NCBI GenBank assembly: GCA_038108555.1
Contig: JAYNIA010000001.1
Coordinates: forward strand, 70,427-134,426
Source of the DNA: Nitrospinota bacterium
GTDB lineage: Bacteria; Nitrospinota; Nitrospinia; Nitrospinales; VA-1
DNA length: 64,000 nt
Direction of reading: 5' to 3'
A program made the translations under genes and the position numbers. The number at the start of each line of letters is the position of its first letter. Position 1 is the first letter of the stretch. This document shows, piece after piece, positions 49,805-59,993 of this stretch. Below the pieces are notes generated by a model. The model worked only from the letters and a program-made list of their open reading frames with translations, did not search any database and had not been told where the DNA came from.

Positions 49805-51945
49805 TTGACTACCATACCAAACATTTTAATCGTAGATGATGAACAAAGTTTTCTCGATGCGTTAACAGAGTTCATGCGTGATAAAAATTACCATTTAGTA
49901 ACGGCTACGAACGCCAATAAGGGATATGAATTTCTATGCAATCAAGCATTTGATTTGGTACTGGCAGACTTTCGTATGCCTGGAATGAATGGCATTGAAT
50001 TCTTGTGTAAAGTAAGAGAGAAATGGCCAGCAACCGTTAGAATTCTTTGCACAGCTTACCCCTCAGAAGATGTTTCAGTACACTCAATTCAAGATGCAGG
50101 CGTAATTAAGGTCTTAAATAAACCTGTAGACCTAAATGAACTTGAAAAAGTTATCCGAATTGGACTGCAAACTTACAGATTCAAACAATCGTTTAATCAT
50201 TCTGATAAACATTTTGTAAAAAATAAATCTTTTAGATTCCTCGACAATTATAAGGACCGGTTGATTCAGGAAAGCCTTGTAACTAATGATCAACTTGAGG
50301 AAGCCATACTGGTCCAACATGCTACTGGAAATGGGCTTGTAGAGACTCTATTAAAACTCAATTTCATAGATGAAGATACTATTTTATCCTTTTTAGGAAA
50401 CCAGATAGAACCTTTAGCCATGAGTCTCAAGAACATTGAAATTGAGCCTGAACTTTTAAAAATCATACCTGAAGATGTAGCACGAGCCAATGAAGTTATC
50501 CCCATTTGCAAAGAGGAAGGAGTAATAACCATAGCCCTTACAGATCCCTACGACTTTTTTGCAATTATGTATGCAGGAACTTTTATACAAGACAAGCTTG
50601 ATTTCAAAGTCTGCACTAAAAAAGAAATCAATGCAGTTTTTGAGAAATATTTTCCTGACAAGCCATCAACTCAGAAAACCATTAATAGAATCCGGGAGTC
50701 AATTGCGCCCTCAAAATCTACTTCGGATACAGAGAACATAGATCTGGAGTTTGAGTCACATATAAAGGAGCTGACTGTTGAACTGAATCCTGATTCAGCA
50801 CCAATTATAAATACTACCAATCAAATTATTCTCGAAGGAATGAACTGTCTTGCCAGCGATATTCATATAAGTTCCGAAAGGAATCGAATGCGAGTGCGCT
50901 ATCGGGTGGATGGAGTGTTAATCGAAGGGAAAAAATATCCCATGAAATACTTATTGCCTGTTATTTCCAGAGTAAAGGTTCTAGCCTCTCTGGATATTAC
51001 CGTCAGGCATATTCCTCAGGATGGTCGGCTTCGATTAAAATCAGGAAATAACACTATTGATACCCGTATTTCCACTTATCCTTCCAATTATGGCGAGAAT
51101 CTCGTTTTAAGGCTTTTACCAAGGGCTGGCAGCTCTATTCAAATTGAGCAGTTGGGTTTTTCGGATTCTGACTTACAAAAGGTAAAAAAATTTTACGCAA
51201 GAGCAATGGAGTTTTCTTAACCACAGGCCCAACGGGGAGCGGAAAAACAACGACCCTTTACTCTTTTGTAAAAGCGCTTGATAGCATTGAAAAGAACATT
51301 ATGACCATTGATGATCCGATAGAATATCAGCTTGAAAACATAGTTCAGGGGGAGGTTAATGAAAAACAGGGTTTTACATTTTCGGGTGCCTTAAGATCAA
51401 TGTTAAGACAAGACCCGGATATTATTCTGGTTGGTGAAATCAGAGATAACGAAACGGCTGAAATTGCATTTAAAGCAGGAATAACCGGACACCTGGTTCT
51501 GAGCACCCTTCATACTATCTCAGCGGCCAATGCTTTACTTCGCCTGGTGAATTTGGGGTTAGATCGGGAAACACTTGCATCTTCGTTGATAGGCATTATG
51601 AGCCAGAGACTGGCAAGAAAAATATGTCCGAAATGCAAAATAAAATATCAACCAGATGATTCCCTTTTAAATTATTTGGGGGTCGAAAAAAGTTCTTTGA
51701 CCCAAGACCTTTATAAGGGAAAAGGTTGCAATAACTGCCACCAGACAGGATATAAGGGAAGAGTTGGTATTTACGAAGTATTGGTTATTGATGACAAATT
51801 AAAAGGAATGATTACCTCAGGTTGCACCGAACTGGAAATACAAAATTTCGCCATAAAGCAAGGAATGCAACTTCTAAAAAAAGATGGCCTTGATAAAGTC
51901 TTTTCAGGAACAACCACCCTGGAAGAAATCGCTCGTATATGTTAG
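49805..51945 (+). pseudogene. Receiver domain + GspE/PilB ATPase fusion, frameshifted at A7 run 51184-51190
   Basis: REC domain (ILIVDDE, LADFRMPGMNG, KP), ASDIHI, RYRVDG, PQDGR. After a -1 shift it continues TTGPTGSGKTTT, LRQDPDIILVGEIRD, GHLVLSTLHT, CPKC/CNNC, GYKGR. Confidence 0.8.
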
Positions 51946-52086
51946 CTATTTAAAATTCGATGCCATTATTATAGATTTATCCTAATGTTCAACGATTGAA
52001 CTCGTAGCCGACAACAGACGTTGTTATTTTTTTCTTTGCGCTAGTTTTATTCACTGCATGCAAAAAAAACAGTGAAAGTTGGAGAT

Positions 52087-53670
52087 TTAAAATCCCTTCT
52101 CAATCCTGATTCTTTTCAAATACAAAAGTTCCATGGCGTTGGTTTTCAGTCCACGGACATGAGGTTTGACCAAAAGGTTTTGCGCCGTGACAAACAAGGG
52201 AACCATGGGGACATCGGTTTCGGTCAACAACACCTGGGCTTCGTCATAGACCTTTTGTCTATCCTTTGGGTTTTTTAAAGTGGACCCCTTTGCGATGAGT
52301 TGATCGTAATTCGCGTTGGCCCACTTCAGCCGGTTGTTTCCACTTGTTGAGATAAACAGGTTCATGAAATTATCCGGGTCTGGGAAATCCGCTCCCCATC
52401 CCAGTCGAAATATTTGTGGAGGATCCAGATCCAACTGGCTTAAAAATACTTTCCATTCCTGATTTTCAAACTCAACATCTATATTCAAATGTTTTTTCCA
52501 TTGTTCCTGAATGAATGCACCAATCAAGCGGTTTTTACTTTCCGTATTAAACACCGCCGTCACCTTGGGGAAGTCCTTCCCGCCAGGGTATCCTGCTTCC
52601 GCCAGCAGCGCGCGGGCTTTTTCGGGATCAAACTTGGAACCAATTCCCTCGTTATAACCGAACATACCCTTGGGAACCCAGGAGGATGAAGGTAGCTCCC
52701 CTCCTTTTAAAATTTTTGGGATCAGGGACCGATTGATGGCATGTGCCAGAGCCCGTCGGACCAACACATTATCCATCGGCGGCTTCTTAACATTGAACCC
52801 GTAGTAATATCCGCGCAGCTGCGGTTTGTTTCGATATTCAGGACTTTTCTTATAATGCGGGATGGCAATGGGCGGAAGCTCAATATAATCCAACTCTCCC
52901 GTCTCATAAAGAGTGAGTGCGGTGGTGGGTTCCTGCACAACAAAAATCTGGACTTCGTTTATCTCGGGTTTCCCTTCATAGTGTTTGGAGTTGGCCTTCA
53001 ATACCAGTTTGTATTCATGCTCCCATTCTTTAAGAAGGTAGGGTCCATTCGTGACTATATTTTCCGGTTCGGTCCAGTCATCACCATATTTTTCGATGAC
53101 ATCTTTACGAAGGGGAAACGTCACCATAAAGGTTGTGATGCTGGGAAAATAAACCACCGGTTTCTTCAGCGTGACTTCAAGCACATCTTCTCGGATTGCT
53201 TTTACCCCCACCTGATCCGGGTCTTTGAGTTTTCCCATGTTGTATTCGAAGGCGTTTTTTATATCAAAAAGAAAATAGGCATATTGCGCAGCGGTTTCAG
53301 GTGCCAAAAGACGCTTCCAGGAATACTCAAAATCTTCCGCAGTTACTTTTTTTCCATCGCTCCAGACGGCATCCTCCCGCAGATAAAAAGTGATGGTCGT
53401 GCCTTCGTTCGAGTATTCCCACCTCTTGGCAATAGCGGGGATTGGATTCAAATCGGCATCGTACTGGGTGAGTCCTTCCATCAGGTTGGTCAGGATGGTG
53501 AAGGAAACACTGTCTGTTGCAAGACTTGCATCCAAAGCAGGAGGCTCGTTCTTAATCGTCATTCTAAAGGTGGAAGAGTCTGCCGACGTAGGGCCTTTGG
53601 AACAACCTGACAGAATCACCAGAAGGGCAAAAGCAGGAATCAGTTTTGAAAATATTTGGGGTCGGGGCAT
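52087..53670 (-). CDS. oppA: Oligopeptide ABC transporter substrate-binding lipoprotein
   Basis: Lipobox LSGC; WSDGKKVTAEDFEYSW, NGPYLL, GWGADFPDP. Confidence 0.88.
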   Translation of the reverse strand: MPRPQIFSKLIPAFALLVILSGCSKGPTSADSSTFRMTIKNEPPALDASLATDSVSFTILTNLMEGLTQYDADLNPIPAIAKRWEYSNEGTTITFYLREDAVWSDGKKVTAEDFEYSWKRLLAPETAAQYAYFLFDIKNAFEYNMGKLKDPDQVGVKAIREDVLEVTLKKPVVYFPSITTFMVTFPLRKDVIEKYGDDWTEPENIVTNGPYLLKEWEHEYKLVLKANSKHYEGKPEINEVQIFVVQEPTTALTLYETGELDYIELPPIAIPHYKKSPEYRNKPQLRGYYYGFNVKKPPMDNVLVRRALAHAINRSLIPKILKGGELPSSSWVPKGMFGYNEGIGSKFDPEKARALLAEAGYPGGKDFPKVTAVFNTESKNRLIGAFIQEQWKKHLNIDVEFENQEWKVFLSQLDLDPPQIFRLGWGADFPDPDNFMNLFISTSGNNRLKWANANYDQLIAKGSTLKNPKDRQKVYDEAQVLLTETDVPMVPLFVTAQNLLVKPHVRGLKTNAMELLYLKRIRIEKGF

Positions 53671-53927
53671 ATAAGCCGGGGGTTTTCAGGCAAAGACCGA
53701 ACAGCCTGATAATTAACTATTTGATTTTATTAATCTAATTGAATTATAAAATAGAGTTCATCCCGCTCCTTTGCGGCATTGGAGATCATTTTATATATTA
53801 ATAACCCCTTTACACAAGAAATATACCCCGAGTCCCGAAAGGCAAATAAAATGAAACAGTTATTTATCTCTTTACTTTTCCATTCACCTTTATAAAATGG
53901 CTGTTTTTACTTTTAAGCGGATACCCA

Positions 53928-54593
53928 ATGGCTGAAGACATCTCCTATATCAGGAAATGGATCAAAAGAGGATTGAGCAAGGATAAAAAGACCCTCGATT
54001 TTTCCAATAAGGGAATCGATAACCTGGTCGCTGAAGAGCTCGCCGAGAATGTGGCGCTGCCGGATATCGAAATATTATTTTTGCATACCAACAAAATCAA
54101 GGATGAAGGGCTTGAGGAACTTGCTAATTCAGAGTTCTTCGAACCTTTGAAGGAATTGTGGCTTTATGAAAATAAAATTGGCGATGACGGAGCAGTAGCC
54201 CTGGCTGAATCAGACAATGTATTGCAACTGAGATACCTGAGTTTGTACACCAACCGGATTAGTGATGACGGAGCCATCGCCCTTGCCAATTCCAAAAACC
54301 TGAAAAACCTGGAAACATTAGATTTATCTTTCAATCGCATTGGAGATGAAGGTGCCATGGCGTTGGCGAATTCCACGTGTTTAAAAAACCTGAAAGCCCT
54401 GCACCTCGATGCCAATCGCATCGGGTTTAAAGGAATGCAGGCACTGGCTGAACTTCCCGGATTAAAAAATCTGGAAACACTCAATGTGACTTATAATCTG
54501 GTGCACCCCGAAGGCTTGGGGCTCCTTGAAAACTCCGAACGTTTGCAAAACCTGGGACAAGTAAAAACCGATCTCCTGAAGGCAAAAGACTAG
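53928..54593 (+). CDS. Leucine-rich repeat protein (RI-like)
   Basis: 27-aa repeats of LxxLxLxxNxIxDxGAxALAxS type. Confidence 0.88.
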   Translation: MAEDISYIRKWIKRGLSKDKKTLDFSNKGIDNLVAEELAENVALPDIEILFLHTNKIKDEGLEELANSEFFEPLKELWLYENKIGDDGAVALAESDNVLQLRYLSLYTNRISDDGAIALANSKNLKNLETLDLSFNRIGDEGAMALANSTCLKNLKALHLDANRIGFKGMQALAELPGLKNLETLNVTYNLVHPEGLGLLENSERLQNLGQVKTDLLKAKD

Positions 54594-54596
54594 CGC

Positions 54597-56075
54597 ATGA
54601 CCACCGTCAATAAAGAATCGAATTTCATACGTAATTTGAACCTGCAACTGGTTCGAAAAGATCCTGTTTTGAATTTAAGCTACGAGCGAATGGGCGATGC
54701 GGGAATTGCATTTATCTGCCAATCCAAAAATCTTTACCACGTGAAAGAGCTCGACTTGAGCTGGAATGAAATTTCCGATTTGGGTCTGCAAAAACTTGCC
54801 GACTGCAGTTCCCTGAAAAACCTGACACGTCTGGTTTTGAACTCCAATGAAATTTCCGATGCCGGAGCTGAAAGTCTCAGCGCATTGAAGAATTTGCCGA
54901 ATTTAAAAACCCTGGAACTGGCTTTTAATCGGATCACACAATTCGGGGCACTCAGTCTTGTTAAATCGGCCCAACTTCGTAACCTGCACCTACTGGATTT
55001 GGAAATGAATCAGGTTGGGGAAAAGAAGTCCAACAACTTTCCAGATGGAACTGCCATACCCAGCCTAAAAATCCTGAATCTTAGAAAGAACCAGATGGGA
55101 GACGGGGCCATTACCGACTGGGCACAGTCCGGCGGATTTGAGGGCTTGGACCATTTGAATCTGGGGTGGAACGAGATATCCGATGAAGGTGCAAAGGTGC
55201 TTGCAAACTCTCCCACATTAAAACCCTTGCGAACTTTGATTCTCGATTCAAATCATATCGGGGACCCAGGATCGCTGAGTTTGGCGCAGTCGAAAAACTT
55301 ATCCAGCCTGAAAACTCTCAATATGGCGGACAACAAAATTAAATCAAAGGGAGAATCGGCGCTACTGGATTTACGCACGCGCAACCTAACCGAAAAAATA
55401 AAGGACGACAAAAGCCTGAACCTGAATGTCCTGTATTTGAGAAACAAAGATCTTAAAGCCTTATCCCTGCACCAGAAACTCGAAGAAGTTCAGTCTTTAT
55501 CTTTACGCAGCAATTTATTTGACCATCAGGGACTTGGAGAACTGGCCGCTTCCCCTTTTGTTAAAAACCTGAAGCAACTGAACCTGATGGACAATTCCAT
55601 TGGAGACAAGGGCGTCTTTTTGTTGAGTGAGTCTGAATCGCTTGCGAACCTCGAAGTGTTAAATCTGGAAAATACACAAACCACTTCTACAGGAATATTG
55701 GCACTTTCCAAATCGGCACATTTGAAAAACTTAAAAGAGTTGAACTTAAACGGAAATTCAATTGATGGCAAAGGCCTACTATTACTTGCCGAGTCGGATA
55801 ATTTTAAAAGCCTGAAGGTTTTGAAAGTTTCCGGAGTTTCAATGACGGATAAAGATTTCCAATCCCTTCTCAATTCCAGTTCATTAAGCCAACTTGAAGA
55901 GTTGGATGCTGCAGGAAATTCCCTTTCAGGTGACTTCCTGATGAATCTTGGGAAATCCCAACTCCTTCCTCATCTGAGAAAAATAGACCTGCGGAGAAAC
56001 CATCTGCTGGAATCTGACCAGTTAATTTTGGCAAACTCGCCTGAATTCAGCCACATGGAAACTATCCGGTTTTAA
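54597..56075 (+). CDS. Leucine-rich repeat protein (RI-like)
   Basis: Many LxxLxLxxNxIxDxG repeats; 3 bp after the upstream LRR gene. Confidence 0.88.
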   Translation: MTTVNKESNFIRNLNLQLVRKDPVLNLSYERMGDAGIAFICQSKNLYHVKELDLSWNEISDLGLQKLADCSSLKNLTRLVLNSNEISDAGAESLSALKNLPNLKTLELAFNRITQFGALSLVKSAQLRNLHLLDLEMNQVGEKKSNNFPDGTAIPSLKILNLRKNQMGDGAITDWAQSGGFEGLDHLNLGWNEISDEGAKVLANSPTLKPLRTLILDSNHIGDPGSLSLAQSKNLSSLKTLNMADNKIKSKGESALLDLRTRNLTEKIKDDKSLNLNVLYLRNKDLKALSLHQKLEEVQSLSLRSNLFDHQGLGELAASPFVKNLKQLNLMDNSIGDKGVFLLSESESLANLEVLNLENTQTTSTGILALSKSAHLKNLKELNLNGNSIDGKGLLLLAESDNFKSLKVLKVSGVSMTDKDFQSLLNSSSLSQLEELDAAGNSLSGDFLMNLGKSQLLPHLRKIDLRRNHLLESDQLILANSPEFSHMETIRF

Positions 56076-56203
56076 TTACCCGCCCCAGTCTTTCCTCTGA
56101 TTTATTGATTTACTTGAGGTTTTCTAATATAATTTCTTCTGCATCATTCTTTTTAATTTTACTTTTTATCCTTTTGGGATAGGAATTCAGGGATTTTAGA
56201 TCA

Positions 56204-57754
56204 ATGAGAATTGGGTGTGTATATTCGATTGAGAATTATGTCTCCATTGATAAACCAATGCGGTCTCCAATGGAAATCCCCTTTGGGATATCAATTATCG
56301 CTACAGTTTTAAAAACTGCAGGAAACAATGTTGATCTGTTTGTTATTAGCCCAGTCACTCCTGTTAGAAAAATCCTGGAAGAATATATTAAAGAAAAAAA
56401 ACCTCAGCTGTTCTGTTTATCTGCGGTATCCTCCCAATTCCCCCCCATTGAAAAGGTCGCGGCGCTGGTAAAAGAAATAGATCCGAGCATTTTCGTGATT
56501 TTAGGTGGACACCATGCATCTTTAGCGCCTGAGAAAGCTATTGAATGTGCCAATTTAGATGCCATTTGCGTTAGCGAGGGAGACGCTGCGGTCGTAGAAT
56601 TGACCCGGCAACTTGAAGAGGGGAAATGGCCCTCAGGGATCCCCAATCTTTGGATAAGAGACCCCAAAACCAAAGAAATCGAAAGAAACCCTACGGCTCC
56701 TTTCAATGAAGAGCTTGATACTATTCCTCATGTAGACCGTACACTTTGGGAACCTTGGATAGCAAATCCGCATGAAGAGGCTTCAATACTGGTTGGGCGG
56801 GGCTGCCCTTATAAATGCACCTATTGTTCCAATCATGCCATGGAAGAATTAGCCGAGGGCCAATATGTCCGTTACCGTTCCTCTGAGGACATGATTTCAG
56901 AGATTGAGTATTTGACCGGGCAATACCCAAAAATGAAGCATATTTACCTGGAAATCGAAACGGTAGGTGCCGACATCGTCAAAGGAATTGACCTGTTTGA
57001 AAAACTTGCAGATTACAATAATGCAAGAAAGGAAAAACTAACTTTTAGAATTAATTTAGCCCTTCATTCAAATTTTGTAAGGGTCGAAGAAAAATTCAGG
57101 CATTTTCTAGAGCTTTGCCAAAAAGCAAATGTGACAGCCTTAAATGTTGGATTGGAGTCAGGCTCCTTCCGGGTGCGTCGGGAGATTCTTCGTCGACCCA
57201 GATATACTAATGAAGAGCTGATTGGATTTTGCCGAACCGCCAGAGAGTATGGCGTGGCAACTTCTCTTTTAGTTCTAATGGGTGTTCCGGGAGAAACCTT
57301 TGAAGACTATCTTGAAACAGTTGAAGTTGTAAGAGATTTACAACCGGAAGATGTCCAACTTTCTATTTTTTATCCCTACCTGGGAACCGATTTATACAAT
57401 GTGGCGGTCGAACAAGGAGTGATCCCCGACGGAGGAACAGAGCCAAGCAATGAGAGACATCGTGCTACCCTCGAGCTCGAAAATTTTCCAAAATGGCGGA
57501 TTCAATTTGAGTTTCTCTTTTTCTGGTACCGCTGTTTTAAAGGACACTGGACCACGGATAAAATACTTCTCAAAATGCTAAGGGCTTTCCTTTTACGATT
57601 TACAAACCTTTCTGCAATTGCGCGCTATTTAATAGTCAACAACCGTTTTTGCAAATACATTTTTAAAACATACATGGATGGTCCTAAGAAAATTACGGGT
57701 ATTAAAGAAGAAAAAATCGGGACACTTGCTTCATACCATACTGGAGAGTTGTGA
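56204..57754 (+). CDS. Cobalamin-binding-domain radical SAM protein
   Basis: PFGISIIA, ILGGHHAS, SEGD, GRGCPYKCTYC, GLESGS, GVPGET, PYLGT. Confidence 0.88.
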   Translation: MRIGCVYSIENYVSIDKPMRSPMEIPFGISIIATVLKTAGNNVDLFVISPVTPVRKILEEYIKEKKPQLFCLSAVSSQFPPIEKVAALVKEIDPSIFVILGGHHASLAPEKAIECANLDAICVSEGDAAVVELTRQLEEGKWPSGIPNLWIRDPKTKEIERNPTAPFNEELDTIPHVDRTLWEPWIANPHEEASILVGRGCPYKCTYCSNHAMEELAEGQYVRYRSSEDMISEIEYLTGQYPKMKHIYLEIETVGADIVKGIDLFEKLADYNNARKEKLTFRINLALHSNFVRVEEKFRHFLELCQKANVTALNVGLESGSFRVRREILRRPRYTNEELIGFCRTAREYGVATSLLVLMGVPGETFEDYLETVEVVRDLQPEDVQLSIFYPYLGTDLYNVAVEQGVIPDGGTEPSNERHRATLELENFPKWRIQFEFLFFWYRCFKGHWTTDKILLKMLRAFLLRFTNLSAIARYLIVNNRFCKYIFKTYMDGPKKITGIKEEKIGTLASYHTGEL

Positions 57755-58044
57755 TTGATTGAGATTAATTCAAACCTGTATCATCCTCAACATGAAGTTT
57801 CCGAGCTTTACTTCCCCAAAATGGATGCTTATTGGAATCCATAAGAAGCATACTGTTCTACCCGCATAAAAAAAGACATTCAATTCTTTAAAGGGTTTCA
57901 ATCTTAAAAGGGCTTCAACCTGATTTTATTGCTCACCTATAATTCGCCCTTAAAAACTATGGATAAATGCTTTTCTTCATGCTTTAATTTAGCTTATGGA
58001 ATAATTTTCAAGCATTTAAAAAACTTTAATTTTCATATTATAAA

Positions 58045-59511
58045 GTGATGGGTTCTCAGGGTTTAAATTTGATCCAGCATTCATTTTCACATGATGATCA
58101 AAGGGCCTTTGCAAAATTATCCGGCGACTATAATCCCATTCACCTCGATCCTGTAAAAGCACGCCGCACCGGTTTTGGCCAACCAGTTGTACATGGAATG
58201 CATGCTCTACTTTGGGCTTTAGAAGTTTTTTTCACAGGAAAAACAGAAACTTTAAAACTTGTTTCCCTGAAAACCTTTTTCAAACAACCCATCGCTGTAG
58301 GAGAAAAATTTAGACTCGCCTTTAAGAACAAAGATGATAATAACATCGAAATCCAAATCCTTGTCCGAAACGACCAAGCTCTTAGAATAACAGCCCAATA
58401 TTCACCAAGAGGAACAAAAAATAATGTGAATTTTGCTGATTCAAATCCAAATTCCAGAGAGTGCCTCGAGCGCAAACCCGAGGAATTGACTCACGCAACG
58501 GGTCGTTTGGATTTAAGCTTGAACAAAAGGGAAGCCGCTCTTCGATTTCCAAACTTAATGCGATTACTTCCTTCTGATCAGTTGGCAGAAATGATGGCAC
58601 TGACTAAATTAGTAGGAATGGAATGCCCGGGACTAAATTCTATCTTTTCAGATTTGAATCTTGATTTTTCTAATCCCTGCGAAGATTCGCCTTATTTAAA
58701 CTATAAAGTTCTTTCATATGACTCCCGTTTTGGTTTGCTAACTCAAAATATTCAGGCCCCCGGCTTAGCAGGTACCCTAAGGGCTTTTGTACGTCCCTCC
58801 CCTGAATATCAAAGTGATTTTTCAGAATTAAGAAAACTGGTTTCGGAAAATGAATTCTCAGGACAAACAGCCATAATTCTAGGTGGATCCCGAGGGTTGG
58901 GCGAAGTAACAGGTAAATTATTGGCAGCTGGAGGGGCTCATGTTTTTATTAGTTACTACTTAGGATCAGAAGATGCACAAAATATTGTGCAACAGATTCA
59001 AAAGGAAGGAGGGAACGCGAAATGCTTTGCATTTAATGTTCTTGACTTAAACTCGTTTGAAAAGGAAAAAATATTAAAAATTGAATCTCCCTTTCATCTT
59101 TACTATTTTCCAACCCCTCTAATATTTCAGGGGCAAAAGAATGCTTTTTCTCCAGAACTGTTTCAAGAGTTCAGTAATTATTATTTAACTGGATTCTTCA
59201 ATACTTTCCAAACCTTTCAGAAATTAGGAAGCGGAATTCAAGGGGTTTTTTATCCTTCCTCGGTTGCAATAGATGAATTACCGAACGACATGGCTGAATA
59301 TTCTGTCGCAAAATCTGCCGGAGAAACTCTTTGCTCTATACTGGCCAAAAAATATCCCGAAATAAACATTTTTGCCCCGCGACTACCTAGAACTGCTACA
59401 GATCAAACAAATTCACTCCTCCCCACCCACAGAGAAGATCCCGCACCACTTATGCTAAAAAACCTTCGCAATTTTAGAGACAAGGCAATAATGGAAATGA
59501 ACTCCATTTAA
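58045..59511 (+). CDS. MaoC-type dehydratase / SDR reductase fusion
   Basis: FAKLSGDYNPIHLD..VVHGM hotdog motif; GGSRGLG Rossmann motif; YSVAK catalytic motif. Confidence 0.88.
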   Translation: MMGSQGLNLIQHSFSHDDQRAFAKLSGDYNPIHLDPVKARRTGFGQPVVHGMHALLWALEVFFTGKTETLKLVSLKTFFKQPIAVGEKFRLAFKNKDDNNIEIQILVRNDQALRITAQYSPRGTKNNVNFADSNPNSRECLERKPEELTHATGRLDLSLNKREAALRFPNLMRLLPSDQLAEMMALTKLVGMECPGLNSIFSDLNLDFSNPCEDSPYLNYKVLSYDSRFGLLTQNIQAPGLAGTLRAFVRPSPEYQSDFSELRKLVSENEFSGQTAIILGGSRGLGEVTGKLLAAGGAHVFISYYLGSEDAQNIVQQIQKEGGNAKCFAFNVLDLNSFEKEKILKIESPFHLYYFPTPLIFQGQKNAFSPELFQEFSNYYLTGFFNTFQTFQKLGSGIQGVFYPSSVAIDELPNDMAEYSVAKSAGETLCSILAKKYPEINIFAPRLPRTATDQTNSLLPTHREDPAPLMLKNLRNFRDKAIMEMNSI

Positions 59512-59690
59512 TGGTTTGAAACAGGAAAAATTTTTGAATCCTAAGAAGAAGATTGGTTTTTTCCTCATAGTTCCATCTTGAATTTGAAAATTCTAAAAAC
59601 TCAATTTTTAAAAAGGATTTTTTAAACTGAATTAAAAACTGGTATATATTATGTTGCATAGTTTATTGGTCTATTGGAGAAACAATATAA

Positions 59691-59993
59691 ATGCCGCCAT
59701 CTAAGGAAGAAATTACACAAACTATCTTCAACTCCATTGATGAAGTTAATAATATCCTGACCGATGAAATGAAATTAGAAAAATCACAGGAAACTTTATT
59801 GACAGGTGAAAATGGAAAACTGGACTCCCTCGGATTGATCAATTTCATTGTAGAAGTTGAAGGTAGGGTTCAAAAAGAATTTGGATTAGATTTGAACCTC
59901 ATTGAAGTTTTAGATTCCCCAGAAAAGCCCATGAGCAGTATCCGGAAACTCGTGGAATTCATCGAAATAAAGGCAAACGGAAAAAATCAGTGA
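59691..59993 (+). CDS. Acyl carrier protein
   Basis: GKLDSLGLINFIVEVE with phosphopantetheine Ser; small and acidic. Confidence 0.85.
   Translation: MPPSKEEITQTIFNSIDEVNNILTDEMKLEKSQETLLTGENGKLDSLGLINFIVEVEGRVQKEFGLDLNLIEVLDSPEKPMSSIRKLVEFIEIKANGKNQ

Larger units (their letters stand above)
49144..52071. mobile_element. Putative integrated genomic islet at the oppA 3' end (no integrase seen)
   Basis: Bounded by the oppA 3'-end direct repeats; visibly AT-richer than oppA. Confidence 0.55.

Noticed and set aside
52741..53610. 289-aa plus-strand ORF opposite oppA (likewise 1818..2375, 4436..4993, 30233..30898, 45286..45909)
   Set aside because: Antisense to well-supported genes, with no motifs; expected from codon bias.
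56076..56203. Cobalamin riboswitch before the B12 radical SAM gene
   Set aside because: Short AT-rich spacer with no B12-box-like sequence.
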